Source: Pseudogymnoascus verrucosus (taxonomy: Eukaryota). Taken from it: a DNA stretch of 64,000 nt. The notes under the pieces are model-generated. The model was not told the DNA's origin. It was given only the letters and a program-made list of their open reading frames with translations, and searched no databases. Of this stretch, positions 50,485 to 63,899 are shown piece by piece. Numbering within the stretch: the first letter of the stretch is position 1; each line of letters starts with the position of its first letter. The position numbers were made by a program, and so were the translations under genes. The stretch lies in the NCBI GenBank assembly GCA_001662655.1, contig KV460208.1; one strand, 5' to 3'.

Positions 50485-50997
50485 ATGCACGAGATTCCAT
50501 CTCTCATCACAACCGTTACCCTTGCGCCGTCGCCGAACGATTGCTCGCCGTCAATGACAGACGTACCCCATGCCTCCTCCACCCAGCGGCCCCAAACGTT
50601 CCTCTCTCGCCCCCATCTCCAAACCCATGGCATTTCCGGCACCGGCTTTGAAGAATGGGAAATCCGAATCGCATGCTTAGAGTTTTACGTCCTACTCGTC
50701 AGCATGACAGTAACGGTCCTGTTTTTGGCCTGGCTCGCGCTTGTTGGACTGGATTATTTGAGACCACAATACCGAGGACAGGCCAGGCTCAGCGAGAAAG
50801 GTCTGAGGTATTTAAAAATAAAGGCAGAGAGGCTGAAAGACAAGGACGAGGACGAGGATACATGGGTGGAGCTGGAGGAATGCAGTAATACCACGGGGAG
50901 GGTGAGTGTAACAGGGCAAACGGAAGACGAGGATACAGAGAAAGGAGAATCGACAGGAGAGCAACTGGGGCGGAATGAGCCGAGAAGGCGGAATTGA
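50485..50997 (+). CDS. Hypothetical single-pass membrane protein
   Basis: ATG-initiated ORF with a hydrophobic stretch FYVLLVSMTVTVLFLAWLALVGL and an acidic C-terminus. Confidence 0.5.
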   Translation: MHEIPSLITTVTLAPSPNDCSPSMTDVPHASSTQRPQTFLSRPHLQTHGISGTGFEEWEIRIACLEFYVLLVSMTVTVLFLAWLALVGLDYLRPQYRGQARLSEKGLRYLKIKAERLKDKDEDEDTWVELEECSNTTGRVSVTGQTEDEDTEKGESTGEQLGRNEPRRRN

Positions 50998-51270
50998 ATG
51001 CCAGAAAAAGACAAGAATGAGATAAGCCGCACGATGTCAAAGCCGTAACAATGAAAAATGATGTTATATCTCCTCTTGGGCTCACTGGTCGCGTAGACAA
51101 AAGACACAGGAAATGGACAACCACCATCTTATTTGCTGTATGTCTCGATCTATATCTGTCGCTCTCGGTTTGTACTTGTACAATTCCCCCACTCCAATCC
51201 TATTTTGTATTCGATCCTCAATTCTTCGTATCAAACAAACACACCCCCATCATTCCCTCCGATGAATCGT

Positions 51271-51633
51271 TTATGACCTAGACTGTCCCTTTCCCGCCCT
51301 GATAAAGCTCGAGTTGCATTCCTCGTACGCCCTTCCGGCACCAAAGCCCAAGCCGACGAAAGCAGGCCACGCGCGGCGCTTGAAGATGAGGACGGAGAAG
51401 ACGACGCCGAAGGACAGGCCGAGGGACGAGCGGATGAGAAGAGACGAGAGACAGCGGTCCCACTATCACGCCAGGTCAGCACAAGCTCTACAAACTTCGC
51501 ATTGACCAGATAAAACTGGCTAGGCGCGCCAGGGCAAGCTGTAAAGCCTTACCTTCTCATTCAGCAGCGTCTCGGAGACGGGCCTGTTGGGACGCGTGAC
51601 CACTGGTGGCGGGGGGATCGAGGTCTCTGGCAT
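51271..51633 (-). CDS. MIC10: MICOS complex subunit Mic10; exons 51633-51553 and 51462-51271, missed by the ORF track
   Basis: Spliced product includes PVSETLLNEKWDRCLSSLLIRSSLGLSFGVVFSVLIFKRRAWPAFVGLGFGAGRAYEECN. Confidence 0.93.
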
Positions 51634-52384
51634 TTTCGCGGCGTCGCTACCGATCAATTAGATGTCAATTGACAATATGAGGAGTATACTGGGCGCGTAC
51701 TGTGGCTCTGGGGGACGAGTCTTGTAGTTGACGATTTTTGGCTGGCAAAGCTACCTCATTGTTTCGGCTCCGATATTCCTTGGTTCACACGAGCTTCATC
51801 CCGGGCGGTGAAATATATCGCCTAATGCAGTTAGTGTTGGACATTCTGCCGCATTTGGACCAGGGTCTATGATGAACATATCGAGCGGATGAGGACCCTA
51901 TGAGAATTAAGGCTGAATCAGGGCTGTTTAGAAAGATTGTAGAAGTAGGCTGTTTGGTTTGTTCAATGAGGGTTTCTGTGTAGAAACTACATAATGCGAT
52001 ATTGGTTGATACACGAAAGCAATTAAGAAGTTTATGAATCAATTCTCCTCGTTGACAGCCCCTACAACTCCATTGCTCCTTGAGTGAATGGTTAACTCAA
52101 TCCCTAACTGGGTAACAATCACCTCTTTCATATAACCCAGACTCTGAAGAACGTAATACCTTGTACCCAGGATTATTTCTACAGTAGCCCCAACTTTAAA
52201 GTCTTGGTAACTCCATAAACTTTCAGTGGTCTAACCTTCGAACAAGTAGGATCCCTTATACCAGGTCCACGCTTGCATAGCTCGACTTGGTTACCACATA
52301 TGCAGCACCATTCATGATGCTTTATCTTGAAACAAAATGTACAATGTCTCGCAGACCCGAAACATAACTTTATAGGGCGACGCT

Positions 52385-54610
52385 TTATTTCTTACCTCTG
52401 TTCGCACCACCTCGGCCTCCACCACCCCTAGCTCCGCCTTTACCGCGGCCCCCACGGCCACTCTTCTTTCCAGCAAGAGACTGTGGAGGCGCCACGTTGT
52501 CATGACGAAGCGGCCCATTACCAGCGCCCTTTCTTGAGCGTTTGCTGGGGTTTGGACCCGCGCGAGGGCCATCGTTGTCGCCTCTAAATGGTAACATTGG
52601 CTGGCCATTGGAACGGTAGTCGTTGTCGTGATCAAAGTTGTGATACTGATCATCATATCGCCCTTGATTATAATCAGGATAACTGGGTGGGGGGCTATAT
52701 GGCCGTCCCTCCCCGAACCTGAAATGGTCATCATTTCCTCGATAGGAGTTTGAGAGAGGTGGCTCCCGGTAACTGGAAGGTGGTGGAGGCTGAGGCTGGT
52801 ATCGCTCTTCAAGCGGTTGACGGCCGCCAGTGAAGCGTATGTGGCCCTTCGATTGCGGTGGAGCTATCTTTGCCCGAATGAAATCTTCCTCGTCGCTATC
52901 ATCAAGCGTTACGGGATTCGATTTGGCAGATCCCTTGATGCTGAATCCGTTCTGGGGCTTGGCGGGCAGGTAATCTCTCCCATTTGAGATCGCAGGCATG
53001 CTCATCTTGGTGTCTACGTAACGATCCCTATTTGCCATGGACCATGTGTATCCCCCTGTTAATGAGGCACTGCGACTAAGCGCACACTCAGGGCCATAAT
53101 GTCCATCCGCACCACAGTTATAGCAATCTGCTACGAGGCTACGGACCTTCCGAACCGATCCCAAGTCTGGTTTGAAGCTACGCCACAAAAAGTGGCAGGA
53201 GTCCTCAGTGTGGTGCCCAGAACCACAGGTATCACAAGCTTCACCCTCGGATTCGGTGAGGGCGAGCTTCTCGGGACAGGTGGGCTTTTGGTGGCCTCGC
53301 TGATGGCACTTACTGCAGCGTATGGTTTTCGGACAAGAGTTTGTGAAATGAACGCCATGGACGCCACAGGTAGAGCATTTCAGCTGAGGGCAGGAGGCGG
53401 CCAAGTGCCCATTGTTACCACAAGTAAGGCAGCGGATGGTACCACGTGGCAAGCCTGGGTAATATTTGTTGATCAGAGCAGCTTCAGCCTCACTGAGGAT
53501 CTGATCCGTCTCTCGGGCTGCACTAGAAGATGGCAAAACCATGGGTTCGAGTTCAGGGGAGTATTCATCATCATCCTCAGCATCCTCGGGTATCAATGAA
53601 ACAACTGCTGCTGGCCTTTCTTTCTGGTTTCCGTCATTTGGAATGGTGGAATGCTCGACGGCACTGCTCTGACCATGTACAGCCAAAGCTGCAGCGGAAT
53701 CTGTAGATGAAATGTCCCCTAAACTTCGCCCATTTACGGAACTTGCAGTAGAAACAGGTTTGGACGTTGACATCGTGCCTGCTTTCGCCTCCTTCAGTCG
53801 GTTTCTGCAGAACCCCATAAAGGACTCATCTTTCAGCTGTACAGCCCCATATTTCTTCTCGATCTTAGAGTAGTGCTTGTTCATATATGCGTCGCATGCA
53901 GCAACCATCGAATCTAGATCCATTTTGCCCACAACATTGTTGTTCCTGATGAGCAATTCATAAACAAAGTTGGTTCTGAGGTCGCGAGTAATATAGCCAG
54001 CCGGTTTTTCCCTCACTCGTCTCTCGGTTGGTGAAGGCAAAGTAAGGCTGCTTGTATTCGAAATTTCAGGCACATTTGAATCCGCAGGCTTTGCCGGCTT
54101 GGCAGTAGCGACGTCGAGGGCAGAAAGGGCTCGCCTCTGGGCTCTTGTCATCTTTGCCGGCTTGGTCTTATCATGAGAAACTTCTGGTCCAGAAGCAGGT
54201 GTGTCTCCTGCAACAGGTGGCTCCTCTTGGCTCTTTTCAGCCGCGGGTGGCTTGTTGGCTGCAGCAGCCTTCTTCGCTGCTTTCGCGCCACCACCAAGAG
54301 AGGTCCGAACAGTCGCTTGGACGCCCTTGTTCCATGACATGGCCACAGCTGTCGCATCTTTAGGTTTCTCAACAGAGACTTCAGCGGCACCCGCCGAATT
54401 GTCTGTCACTGCCGGGGTAGCATCGTTCTCAACACCTCCGTTGCCATTTGGTTTGGCGCGCTTATTCGCACGTCCAGATGGCCGACCTCCATCCGAATCA
54501 GATGTCGGGCTTTGTGCAGCTACTTCAGCAACATTGCCAACTGATTGTTGCAGAGTGCGTTTCCGGCCCACGGAGGACGTCCTCGAGTCGGACGTGTCGT
54601 CGGTAGTCAT
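52385..54610 (-). CDS. Zinc-knuckle (5x CCHC) RNA-binding protein, Air1/Air2-like TRAMP subunit
   Basis: Five CxxCxxxxHxxxxC knuckles with an LWRSF linker between knuckles 4 and 5, and an RGG-rich C-terminus. Confidence 0.82.
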   Translation of the reverse strand: MTTDDTSDSRTSSVGRKRTLQQSVGNVAEVAAQSPTSDSDGGRPSGRANKRAKPNGNGGVENDATPAVTDNSAGAAEVSVEKPKDATAVAMSWNKGVQATVRTSLGGGAKAAKKAAAANKPPAAEKSQEEPPVAGDTPASGPEVSHDKTKPAKMTRAQRRALSALDVATAKPAKPADSNVPEISNTSSLTLPSPTERRVREKPAGYITRDLRTNFVYELLIRNNNVVGKMDLDSMVAACDAYMNKHYSKIEKKYGAVQLKDESFMGFCRNRLKEAKAGTMSTSKPVSTASSVNGRSLGDISSTDSAAALAVHGQSSAVEHSTIPNDGNQKERPAAVVSLIPEDAEDDDEYSPELEPMVLPSSSAARETDQILSEAEAALINKYYPGLPRGTIRCLTCGNNGHLAASCPQLKCSTCGVHGVHFTNSCPKTIRCSKCHQRGHQKPTCPEKLALTESEGEACDTCGSGHHTEDSCHFLWRSFKPDLGSVRKVRSLVADCYNCGADGHYGPECALSRSASLTGGYTWSMANRDRYVDTKMSMPAISNGRDYLPAKPQNGFSIKGSAKSNPVTLDDSDEEDFIRAKIAPPQSKGHIRFTGGRQPLEERYQPQPPPPSSYREPPLSNSYRGNDDHFRFGEGRPYSPPPSYPDYNQGRYDDQYHNFDHDNDYRSNGQPMLPFRGDNDGPRAGPNPSKRSRKGAGNGPLRHDNVAPPQSLAGKKSGRGGRGKGGARGGGGRGGANRGKK

Positions 54611-55545
54611 GTCGAGGTAAGACCGAGGGGAGTGGCGAGCTTATGCGAACATTGTTGGAAGTAGACTATCGTAGAGGAGGTTCAAGTTGTCTTTATGATT
54701 CAGTATCGGTACCGTTGACCGTCCTGTATGCTCGTCTGTTTGTATTGGTGCTGCTGTTGATGTCGTGAATCGCACTGTCCTTTCAGAATCAATCATCAAA
54801 ATCAATCTATAGAAGCGTGGGTTAAATTTATCTGTTATCGTTATCGGCTTGGTGGTAATGGACCAATCGGGCTACCGTGGCCCGAAGGCGGTAGAGTAGA
54901 CGAGTGAAGTATGTAATAATGCGTGCAGGGGTTCTTCCGAACACGACGCATCAGATCCCAGGCAACATATTCGAACGTCCCGGACTGGGCTTCTAGAAAC
55001 ATATCCATATTATCAACTCTTTCAAGTACCACAGCACCCTAATACCACCACAAAGGAAGCATATTGAAGCAAATAGCTTCTGGTCGATATATAAATCTCA
55101 TCAGCCATACATAACACGCTACTGCTATTCAGTCGTTACATACACTAGGTAAGCGGTTGTTTGACCTTGCTGCACCAGTGCAGGCCAAGACAGTCTCGAC
55201 CTTTGAGCGAAAGTCGCCTTCTGTTATGACTGTCTGAACTTCTTTCCATGCAAAGCTCTTTCATTCCTACCAACTCTTTGTGCTGACCTATCTACCAAGC
55301 TACACCCAGGCATAACCAGGTGCTTTCCCCATCGCCCCCGAATATCGACGGCCATCGACAATCATCATCCATCCACGTCGAGCCCATACGACCTCTCAAT
55401 ACACACGCTCGATCAAAGCGTGATCCATACATTCAGTATATCTCCCTCCAATACCGCCAAGCTGTCTTCGCCACTGCTCCTCCCTCGCACCATCTCCTAC
55501 GACGGGAGTTCAAACCCTCCTCGTCGAGGTGACGCATATCGAAAC

Positions 55546-56320
55546 ATGTCGGAGGAAAAGACGGGGAGGAGGAGACGGTCGAGCAGTTTATTATACCAAG
55601 AACCTCCGGAGAGCATAGAGCACATGAGCGATCAAGCTGCGCTGCCAAATTTGAATGCAAACTGGGTCAATGCGAAAGGTTAGTCAACACGCTCATCTGG
55701 GGTACGCGGGGTCACTCGGGTTAGGGTGGTGTATATTGTACGATGTCCTTGAACGTCTTCGAAGACGGAGGATATGGCGTTGCATGTTACATTGCCTGGC
55801 AGATGTGAAGGGGAATCATTCGTGGAAATCAAGCTGACATTCATCTGTACAGGTGCATGGACCATTCACATTGTTATTATTGCTTGCCTGAAGATCTTCT
55901 ACGACATTATCCCGGGAGTCTCGCAGGAAACCTCGTGGACACTGACAAACATCTCATACATGTTTGGCTCATATCTGATGTTCCATTGGGTTCGCGGCGT
56001 TCCGTTCGAGTTCAACTCGGGAGCCTACGACAACCTGAATATGTGGGAGCAAATCGACAACGGAGACCAATACACCCCGGCGAAGAAGTTTCTGCTTAGC
56101 GTGCCTATCGTTTTGTTTTTGCTCAGCACACACTACACACATTACGACTTCACTTATTTTACGATCAACTTCTTGGCTGTCTTGGCGGTGGTGGTACCCA
56201 AGCTTCCATCTGTAAGTGCCCTTGTTGAAGCCCGGCATACTTTAGGGTGCAAGCTAACATACGCTACAGAGCCACAGGATGCGAGTTGGTTTGTTCTCGG
56301 GAGCACCGGAAGACAGGTAG
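55546..56320 (+). CDS. ORM1: ORM/ORMDL sphingolipid biosynthesis regulator, 3 exons
   Basis: RRRRSSS, DQAALPNLNANWVNAKGAW, FHWVRGVPFEFNSGAYDNLNMWEQIDNGDQYTPAKKFL, PKLPSSHRMR. Confidence 0.95.
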
Positions 56321-57233
56321 CTGTTAGTTTATAGCCTGTGTTATTAGGATAACTCGTCACTTCGGTATCTGCCTCGATGTTTCTATAATTTGTGGCTGCT
56401 GAAGCATGCACCGGTCGGCCGCGGAATAGAAATGTTATATAGGTCTAGAATTTGGTTTACCAATGCTTCGAGTATCCCGGTGATGACTTTTTGGTTGTGA
56501 TTATGGGTATGGTTGTGGGCCATGTCGTAGCACAACGAGAGATGATGAAGGCTGTGGCAAGTAAGTGTAGCCTAACATTGACGTATCTCAGCTGATATGT
56601 GAGTTTGCAGCCAAGAGAACAGACAGCAAGATCATAACAAGGTCATAACAAGATCAGACGATTCAAGGATCTAAGGATTCAACCATCCAGATGATGCCAT
56701 AGTATCCCTATTTCCAGCCCATCCCCGTCATCTGTTGACAGAATCCTGTCAAGCTCCAAGCAGCCAATAATTGGCAATGGATAAGTCCGAATTGGCGGCT
56801 AAGGCCCCTATACTTTAGCTTTGAAGCTTAAACCTGTCAAGTTTGACAGCCCCTAGGGCCACTCCAATGCCCTTTCCATGTTCGGGTGGTGTGATTAGAA
56901 GGCCCGCGCTTATTTGGCGTTGACATCGCCAATAACCGCACGCCATTTATTACGCGTCGGCGACGAGCTCCATGGTAGTACAACTGCAACGAGACCACAA
57001 ATATGTAAGAGTGGAGTGAGAAGAAACAGAAAGGATCGATGTGGAAAGGCGATGTGGAAAGGACAGGTAGGTATAAGATTCTTCGTCCCCTTACCATCCA
57101 TCTTTCTTCCCTTTTCACTTCATATCTGGCCCCATAGAGATCATCCTGTCGAACAGCACATCTTTTGTTGGGTCTTGTATATTCGGTGAACGGGTCAATA
57201 TTTCCATTCGTTTACAGTACATGATCTACGAAA

Positions 57234-59411
57234 ATGCGCCTTAACCTCGCCTTCGCCGCTATCGGGCTGATCACCTGTGCCAATGCACAAGGATTTTGGG
57301 ACAAGGGAGGCAAGGAGCCCAGCTCCTCCGAGAAGAGAAGCTCCAGCTCTTCCCATAAGACCTCCGAGAGCTCCAGTGCTTCTATGTCATCCCACACTAG
57401 CAAGTCCAGTGCTTCCATGTCATCGCACACTAGCAAGTCCAGTGCTTCCGTGTCATCGCAGACTAGCAGCTCCAGTGTTTCCGTGTCATCGCACTCTGCC
57501 AGCTCCAGTGCTTCTTCATCTGTCCAATCTGTTAGCTCCACGGCTACTACTACACCTTTGGAGACTGTCAGCTCCACGATTACTATACCTTCTGGAACCG
57601 GAAGCAGCATTTCAATCTCAATTGGCACCGCATCTAGCATCTCATCTGTGGCCCAGAACGAGACGTCCACGGGAACCGGAACAGCTACCGGCACACCCAC
57701 CGGCACACTTACCGGAACAGCCACGGGAACAGCCACGGGAACAATTACTGGAACAATCACAATCTCGGTTTCCCAGGAGACGCCGTCGGCAACGAACACT
57801 CCGTTCTTCTCGCAGAAATCATTCGAAGCTGGTAACACTACCAGCTTCAGCGCTACGGGAACTCAAGTGTCGTCGAACCCAGCGATCACGAATCTACCCT
57901 TCAACACATCGACCCCGGCGAACGCGACAACAATCACCCAGACGTCCTTGAACACAACAATCGTGACTCTGTCCAGCGTTGTCCCAACTTCCCTGACACA
58001 CGGCCCATTCTTTAACACCACAGAAGCCCCTACCGGCCCCAGTGTCACCGAGACCAGCGCCGGGCCAGGACAGACAACAGAGATCCCCGGCTCGTCGGCA
58101 TCAGTTCCTGGATCATCTGCAGAAGTTCCCGGATCATCTGCATCGGCTCCCGGGTCATCGGCAGAGGTGCCTGGGTCATCTGCATCGGCGCCTGGGTCCC
58201 AAGGGCCGTCATCAGCAGCAACACCCGTCTCGTCCGCAGCTCCGCAGCAGTCAGAGTGCAACTGCCTCTCAGGCGGCGGAGGAGGCACCAGCGGCCAGCC
58301 ATGCAACTGTCCAACTTCGACTGGTGGTGGCGGCGCTCAGACAACCTCTCCTCCTAGCCCTAGCGGTGGCGGTAATCAGACAACCCCCAGTGGCGGCGGT
58401 GGTGGCCAAGAATGCAACTGCCCATCTGGAGGTGGTGGCGGCGGCGGCCAGCCATGTAACTGTCCCTCTTCTTCCGGTGGTGGTGGTGGTGCCGAAACAA
58501 CCTCACACCCTACCAGCGGCGGTGGTGGCAATCAGACTACTCCTACTAGCGGCGGCGGCGGTGGTGGCAGCTCCGCATGCCCAACCTGTGGTGGCGGTGG
58601 TGGGAGTCAAACAGCCCCCCCTAGTAGTGCTCAGACAACGTCCCACCCTACCAGTGGTGGTGGTGGCAATCAGACTACTCCTACTAGCGGCGGCGGCGGT
58701 GGTGGTAGCTCCGCATGTCCAACCTGCTCTTCCGGTGGTGGCGGCGGTGGTGGCAATCAGACAACTCCTACTGGCGGCGGCGGTGGTGGTGGTGGTAGCT
58801 CCGCCTGCCCATCCTGCTCTGCTGGTGGCGGTGGTGGTGGTAGCCAAACTGCACCTCCTAGCGGCGGTGAAACAACTCCTCCTAATCACGGCGGCGGAGG
58901 TGGCGGCAACCAGACTACTCCTGGTGGCGGCGGCTCTTCTGGTGGCGGTTCGTCTGGTGGGGGACAGGGTTGCCCATCATGCCCTAGCGGCGGCGGTGGT
59001 TCTTCTGGTGGTGGCTCCTCTGGTGGCGGTTCCTCTGGCGGCGGCGGCGGCGGCGGCGGTAGCTCTGCATGTCCAACCTGCGCCTCTAGTGGTGGCGGCA
59101 GTGCCAGCCCAACTGGTGGGGGCGGTGGCGCTCCTAGTGGTGGAGGTGGTACCACCCCAGGTGGTGGTGGAGGCACCACTCCTGGCGGAGGCGGCGGTGG
59201 TAGCACTCCAGGTGGGGGCGGCGGTGGAAGCACCCCAGGAGGAGGTGGTGGTGGTAGCACCCCTGGTGGAGGCGGCGGTGGTAGCACCCCAGGGGGTGGC
59301 GGCGGCGGCGGGAACCCTGAGAAGGGCACGACCAAGAGCGCTGGTACGAAGTTGTCGAGCTCGGTGGCGGCGGTGTTGGTCGGTGCGGTTGCTGGGTTGG
59401 TGCTGATGTAG
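57234..59411 (+). CDS. Secreted, probably GPI-anchored Ser/Thr/Gly-rich cell-surface protein with CxC/CxxC repeats
   Basis: N-terminal signal peptide, S/T-rich region, Gly-rich repeats with NQT sequons and SACPTC, and a hydrophobic C-terminal GPI signal (SAG..VAAVLVGAVAGLVLM). Confidence 0.85.
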   Translation: MRLNLAFAAIGLITCANAQGFWDKGGKEPSSSEKRSSSSSHKTSESSSASMSSHTSKSSASMSSHTSKSSASVSSQTSSSSVSVSSHSASSSASSSVQSVSSTATTTPLETVSSTITIPSGTGSSISISIGTASSISSVAQNETSTGTGTATGTPTGTLTGTATGTATGTITGTITISVSQETPSATNTPFFSQKSFEAGNTTSFSATGTQVSSNPAITNLPFNTSTPANATTITQTSLNTTIVTLSSVVPTSLTHGPFFNTTEAPTGPSVTETSAGPGQTTEIPGSSASVPGSSAEVPGSSASAPGSSAEVPGSSASAPGSQGPSSAATPVSSAAPQQSECNCLSGGGGGTSGQPCNCPTSTGGGGAQTTSPPSPSGGGNQTTPSGGGGGQECNCPSGGGGGGGQPCNCPSSSGGGGGAETTSHPTSGGGGNQTTPTSGGGGGGSSACPTCGGGGGSQTAPPSSAQTTSHPTSGGGGNQTTPTSGGGGGGSSACPTCSSGGGGGGGNQTTPTGGGGGGGGSSACPSCSAGGGGGGSQTAPPSGGETTPPNHGGGGGGNQTTPGGGGSSGGGSSGGGQGCPSCPSGGGGSSGGGSSGGGSSGGGGGGGGSSACPTCASSGGGSASPTGGGGGAPSGGGGTTPGGGGGTTPGGGGGGSTPGGGGGGSTPGGGGGGSTPGGGGGGSTPGGGGGGGNPEKGTTKSAGTKLSSSVAAVLVGAVAGLVLM

Positions 59412-59708
59412 AGATAGGTGTGGGGTGAGAATATAGATCAAAAGTTGAATAGGATACTAATCAAGATGTGGGTAATATATATTTTCTTTAAATAAAACGA
59501 TGTAATTATAGAATTATAGAAAATGCTGTTTGTATAAAATGATTAGGGGGTGCAGACGGACTTTTTGATAGGGTGATAATTTAAATATATTGCGTGTTTT
59601 TTCAAAAGTGAAGCAGAGAGAAATATGTTTTGCTATTTTCTCATCCTAGGGACATCTAATGAAACTCATGATACATCATTTTAGTCCAACATCACCCCCT
59701 TCCCCAGT

Positions 59709-61124
<1,416 letters not shown>

Positions 61125-61543
61125 TTTGTTCGTCAGGTTAAAATTTCCTGGATGAGCGGAATAAATAGATGGGTTTTGTTGTGTTGATGGGTGACGCCGT
61201 GCTTTTATGCCGAAGCTGTCTAATGGTGGGGTAATTCGCCCGCAAGGGTAGAGTACGGGTCGGCACTTATCGTACGTCAGACAATCGATAACGTCGACAT
61301 AATGTTGGAGGGGTTCGTGCTTGGCGGCTCGGCTAAGGGGAATGTAGCGCCGGTGGAGCGGCGTAGGGGCGCATCAAGCGCCTCTTAGTGTTATTGGTAA
61401 TTATTATAAAGATATTTATACATTTAATAGTTATCCCTAGGTTTATTATAACAAAATTGAAAGGAAATTAAGGCTCTTTCATTGTATTTATTAGCCGTTC
61501 TCATACAAAATAACACAAATTCCGCTTCGGATGCTCAGCCATT

Positions 61544-63094
61544 TCAGTCCCTGGACTCTTCCTTGATAACCTTCTTCTCCGCTTCTTCATCCTGCCCCTT
61601 GATCTGAACTCCATTTATCACTTCTTCCTTGATACCGTTAGTCTCAGTTTCCTCCTCCTTCTTCTCAACTGTTTCCAACACCTCCTCCTTAGCCACCTCT
61701 TCCTTGATACCATTCACCTCCTTCTTCTCCACCTTCCCCTCCTTCTTCCCCTCCTTCTTCCCCTCCTTCTTCCCCTCCTTCTTCCCCTCCTTCTTCCCCC
61801 CCTTCTTCTCCTCCTCCATCCTCTCCTTCTTCCCTTCCTTCTTCCCCTCCTCCTCTTCCCCCTCCTCCTCCCCCTCAAACTCAACATTCAACCTCTCCCT
61901 CTCCTCCCTCTTCCTCCTCTCCCTCCCCACCCTAACCTTCACCCCATCCGCCGCCGCACACAACCCCTCCAACCCAACCTCACACTCCCCACACCTCCTC
62001 CTCCCCCTCTCACTCATACAAATCGTCTGCCCGAACCCAACCAGCAACCAATTAATCTCCGCCCACTTCTCCCTCGGCACCCACCCCTCCAGCCTCACCC
62101 TCGTCTCCTCCGGCCCCTTCGTGCCCCCTCTCCCATGCCACCCCCACAGATTCGTAATCCGATGCACATGCACATCAACCCCTATCCCCTCCACCCGTCC
62201 CCACGCAGCCGAGAGACACAAATACGCCATCTTCGGTCCCACCCCCGGCAACGCCATCAACCCCTCCGCCGTGTCCGGAATATCCCCCCCATGCTCATCC
62301 CGCAGTATCTCCGCAGCTCCCTTAATATACCGCGTCTTATTATTATGGAACCCCACCGCCCAGATCAACTCATTCAGTCTCTCCGCAGGCACAGCGAGTA
62401 TATTCTCCAAATTCAACCCCGGACTTCCCCCCGGTGTCGCAGAGGGCAGCTCATTGTAAAGCTTCTGCATCACAACGTAATTCGTCGTATCCTTCGTCTG
62501 ACTCGACATCATCAGCGACACCAGCGTCTGGAACCGCTGGTCCCGCGGCGAGGCATCAGGTTGCGCGAGGGTATGGCACCCCATCGTGTCCACCGCTGCA
62601 TCGGCCGCTACCCCACCTTCAGTCCGCATCTTCATAACGAGATCGTAGATGCGTTCCCAGTTCTCGGGACCTACCGCGGAGCCAGCGGTGGGCGGAGGGG
62701 AGCGCTTAATCCGCTTCACAGGCTGCCTCCTTGCATTCCTCACCGGCGGGGTGACCGCGCGACTCGACGGCGCAGACGATAACTCCGAGTCCGACGCATC
62801 TTCTTGCTTCCCTCTCCACGCCGCCTTATTACCCGCATCGTCCTCTTTCTTCACACCCCCACTTCCCGCAGCCGTAGCCACACCGGCCCGTTTCCTTTTC
62901 CCTTCCCCACCGGCTGGGATCGCATCCTCGATATCCCCTCCCCCTCCTATCGACGTGCCCGTAGCAGACCCGGCATTGAGTGAGAACTGCGCGAGTGCGG
63001 AGCGCGTGAGGCGCGTGCTTCGGGGGGGGTGTGCCGCGGAGGTGGTGGCGTTGAGGGCACGGGTGGTGTCTTGGGAGATGCGGGAGGTGCGCAT
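61544..63094 (-). CDS. NTH1: Endonuclease III-like DNA N-glycosylase/AP lyase
   Basis: [24 protein letters not shown], Hh[21 protein letters not shown] and a C-terminal 4-Cys cluster. Start MRTSRIS at 63094. Confidence 0.93.
   Translation of the reverse strand: MRTSRISQDTTRALNATTSAAHPPRSTRLTRSALAQFSLNAGSATGTSIGGGGDIEDAIPAGGEGKRKRAGVATAAGSGGVKKEDDAGNKAAWRGKQEDASDSELSSAPSSRAVTPPVRNARRQPVKRIKRSPPPTAGSAVGPENWERIYDLVMKMRTEGGVAADAAVDTMGCHTLAQPDASPRDQRFQTLVSLMMSSQTKDTTNYVVMQKLYNELPSATPGGSPGLNLENILAVPAERLNELIWAVGFHNNKTRYIKGAAEILRDEHGGDIPDTAEGLMALPGVGPKMAYLCLSAAWGRVEGIGVDVHVHRITNLWGWHGRGGTKGPEETRVRLEGWVPREKWAEINWLLVGFGQTICMSERGRRRCGECEVGLEGLCAAADGVKVRVGRERRKREERERLNVEFEGEEEGEEEEGKKEGKKERMEEEKKGGKKEGKKEGKKEGKKEGKKEGKVEKKEVNGIKEEVAKEEVLETVEKKEEETETNGIKEEVINGVQIKGQDEEAEKKVIKEESRD
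61735..61850 (-). repeat. 12-bp coding microsatellite giving a (KKEG)n tail in NTH1
   Basis: CCCTCCTTCTTC tandem copies on the plus strand. Confidence 0.85.
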
Positions 63095-63899
63095 TGTATG
63101 TTTGTAAGGGGTGTCGTGTGTGTATCGGTTTGTGTATAGCAGCCTCTCCAGGGCGCGCCTTCGGTGGTGTAGAGAATGTGGATGTCGAGGGCGAGGTGGT
63201 GAAGTTGGTGGCGGCTGCTGTGGTGGATGCCGCAGCACGCGCTGAGGTATGTGTGAGATCGGTATATTCTCAACTCCAATCCGATTATCCCGTACACAAA
63301 ACCCAGACTTTTCCCTGCGTAACCCTCCTTCCCTTACTTCTCCCTGGTGCTGTTGTTAGCTTGCTTGCAGGTTTGTTGCTGCTTCCCTTTGCTCCTGGTG
63401 CCTGGCGAGATACAGCACACCGCCTTACCGTATCTGGTTGGGCGATCTCGCTAATCGTTTAGAGGTTTAGGGGTGCAGGGTCGGCTGCCTTTGTTTCCCC
63501 GGATTCTTGGTAATGGGAGGGATAGGAAGGGTTGATGGGGGTAGGGGTCAAATGTTTGTATGTTTGTCATTTTTGTGGCAAGGGGTCGAAATAGGGTTGA
63601 AAGGCTGAAGGGACTTGGTGAAGGGATTTATTTACTTTGTTTAGGAGGCTAAATAGTAGGTGTATGGAAGATGTAATGTGAGATTGAGATTTGAGTATGG
63701 CTATTATTGACATGCGTATGTATGTGTATGAGTTGTTGCGAAATATATTATAATCGACCAGAATCCTGTGAGCCGTATGTTATCTAGAGGGCATCTTAAG
63801 CTAATGTGGCTATTGTATAAACATGAGGTACAATATATTTAAGTGGCGTCCCAGATTTCAACAAACTAAGCCGCCGCCATGCCTCTGACCCCTAAATGT

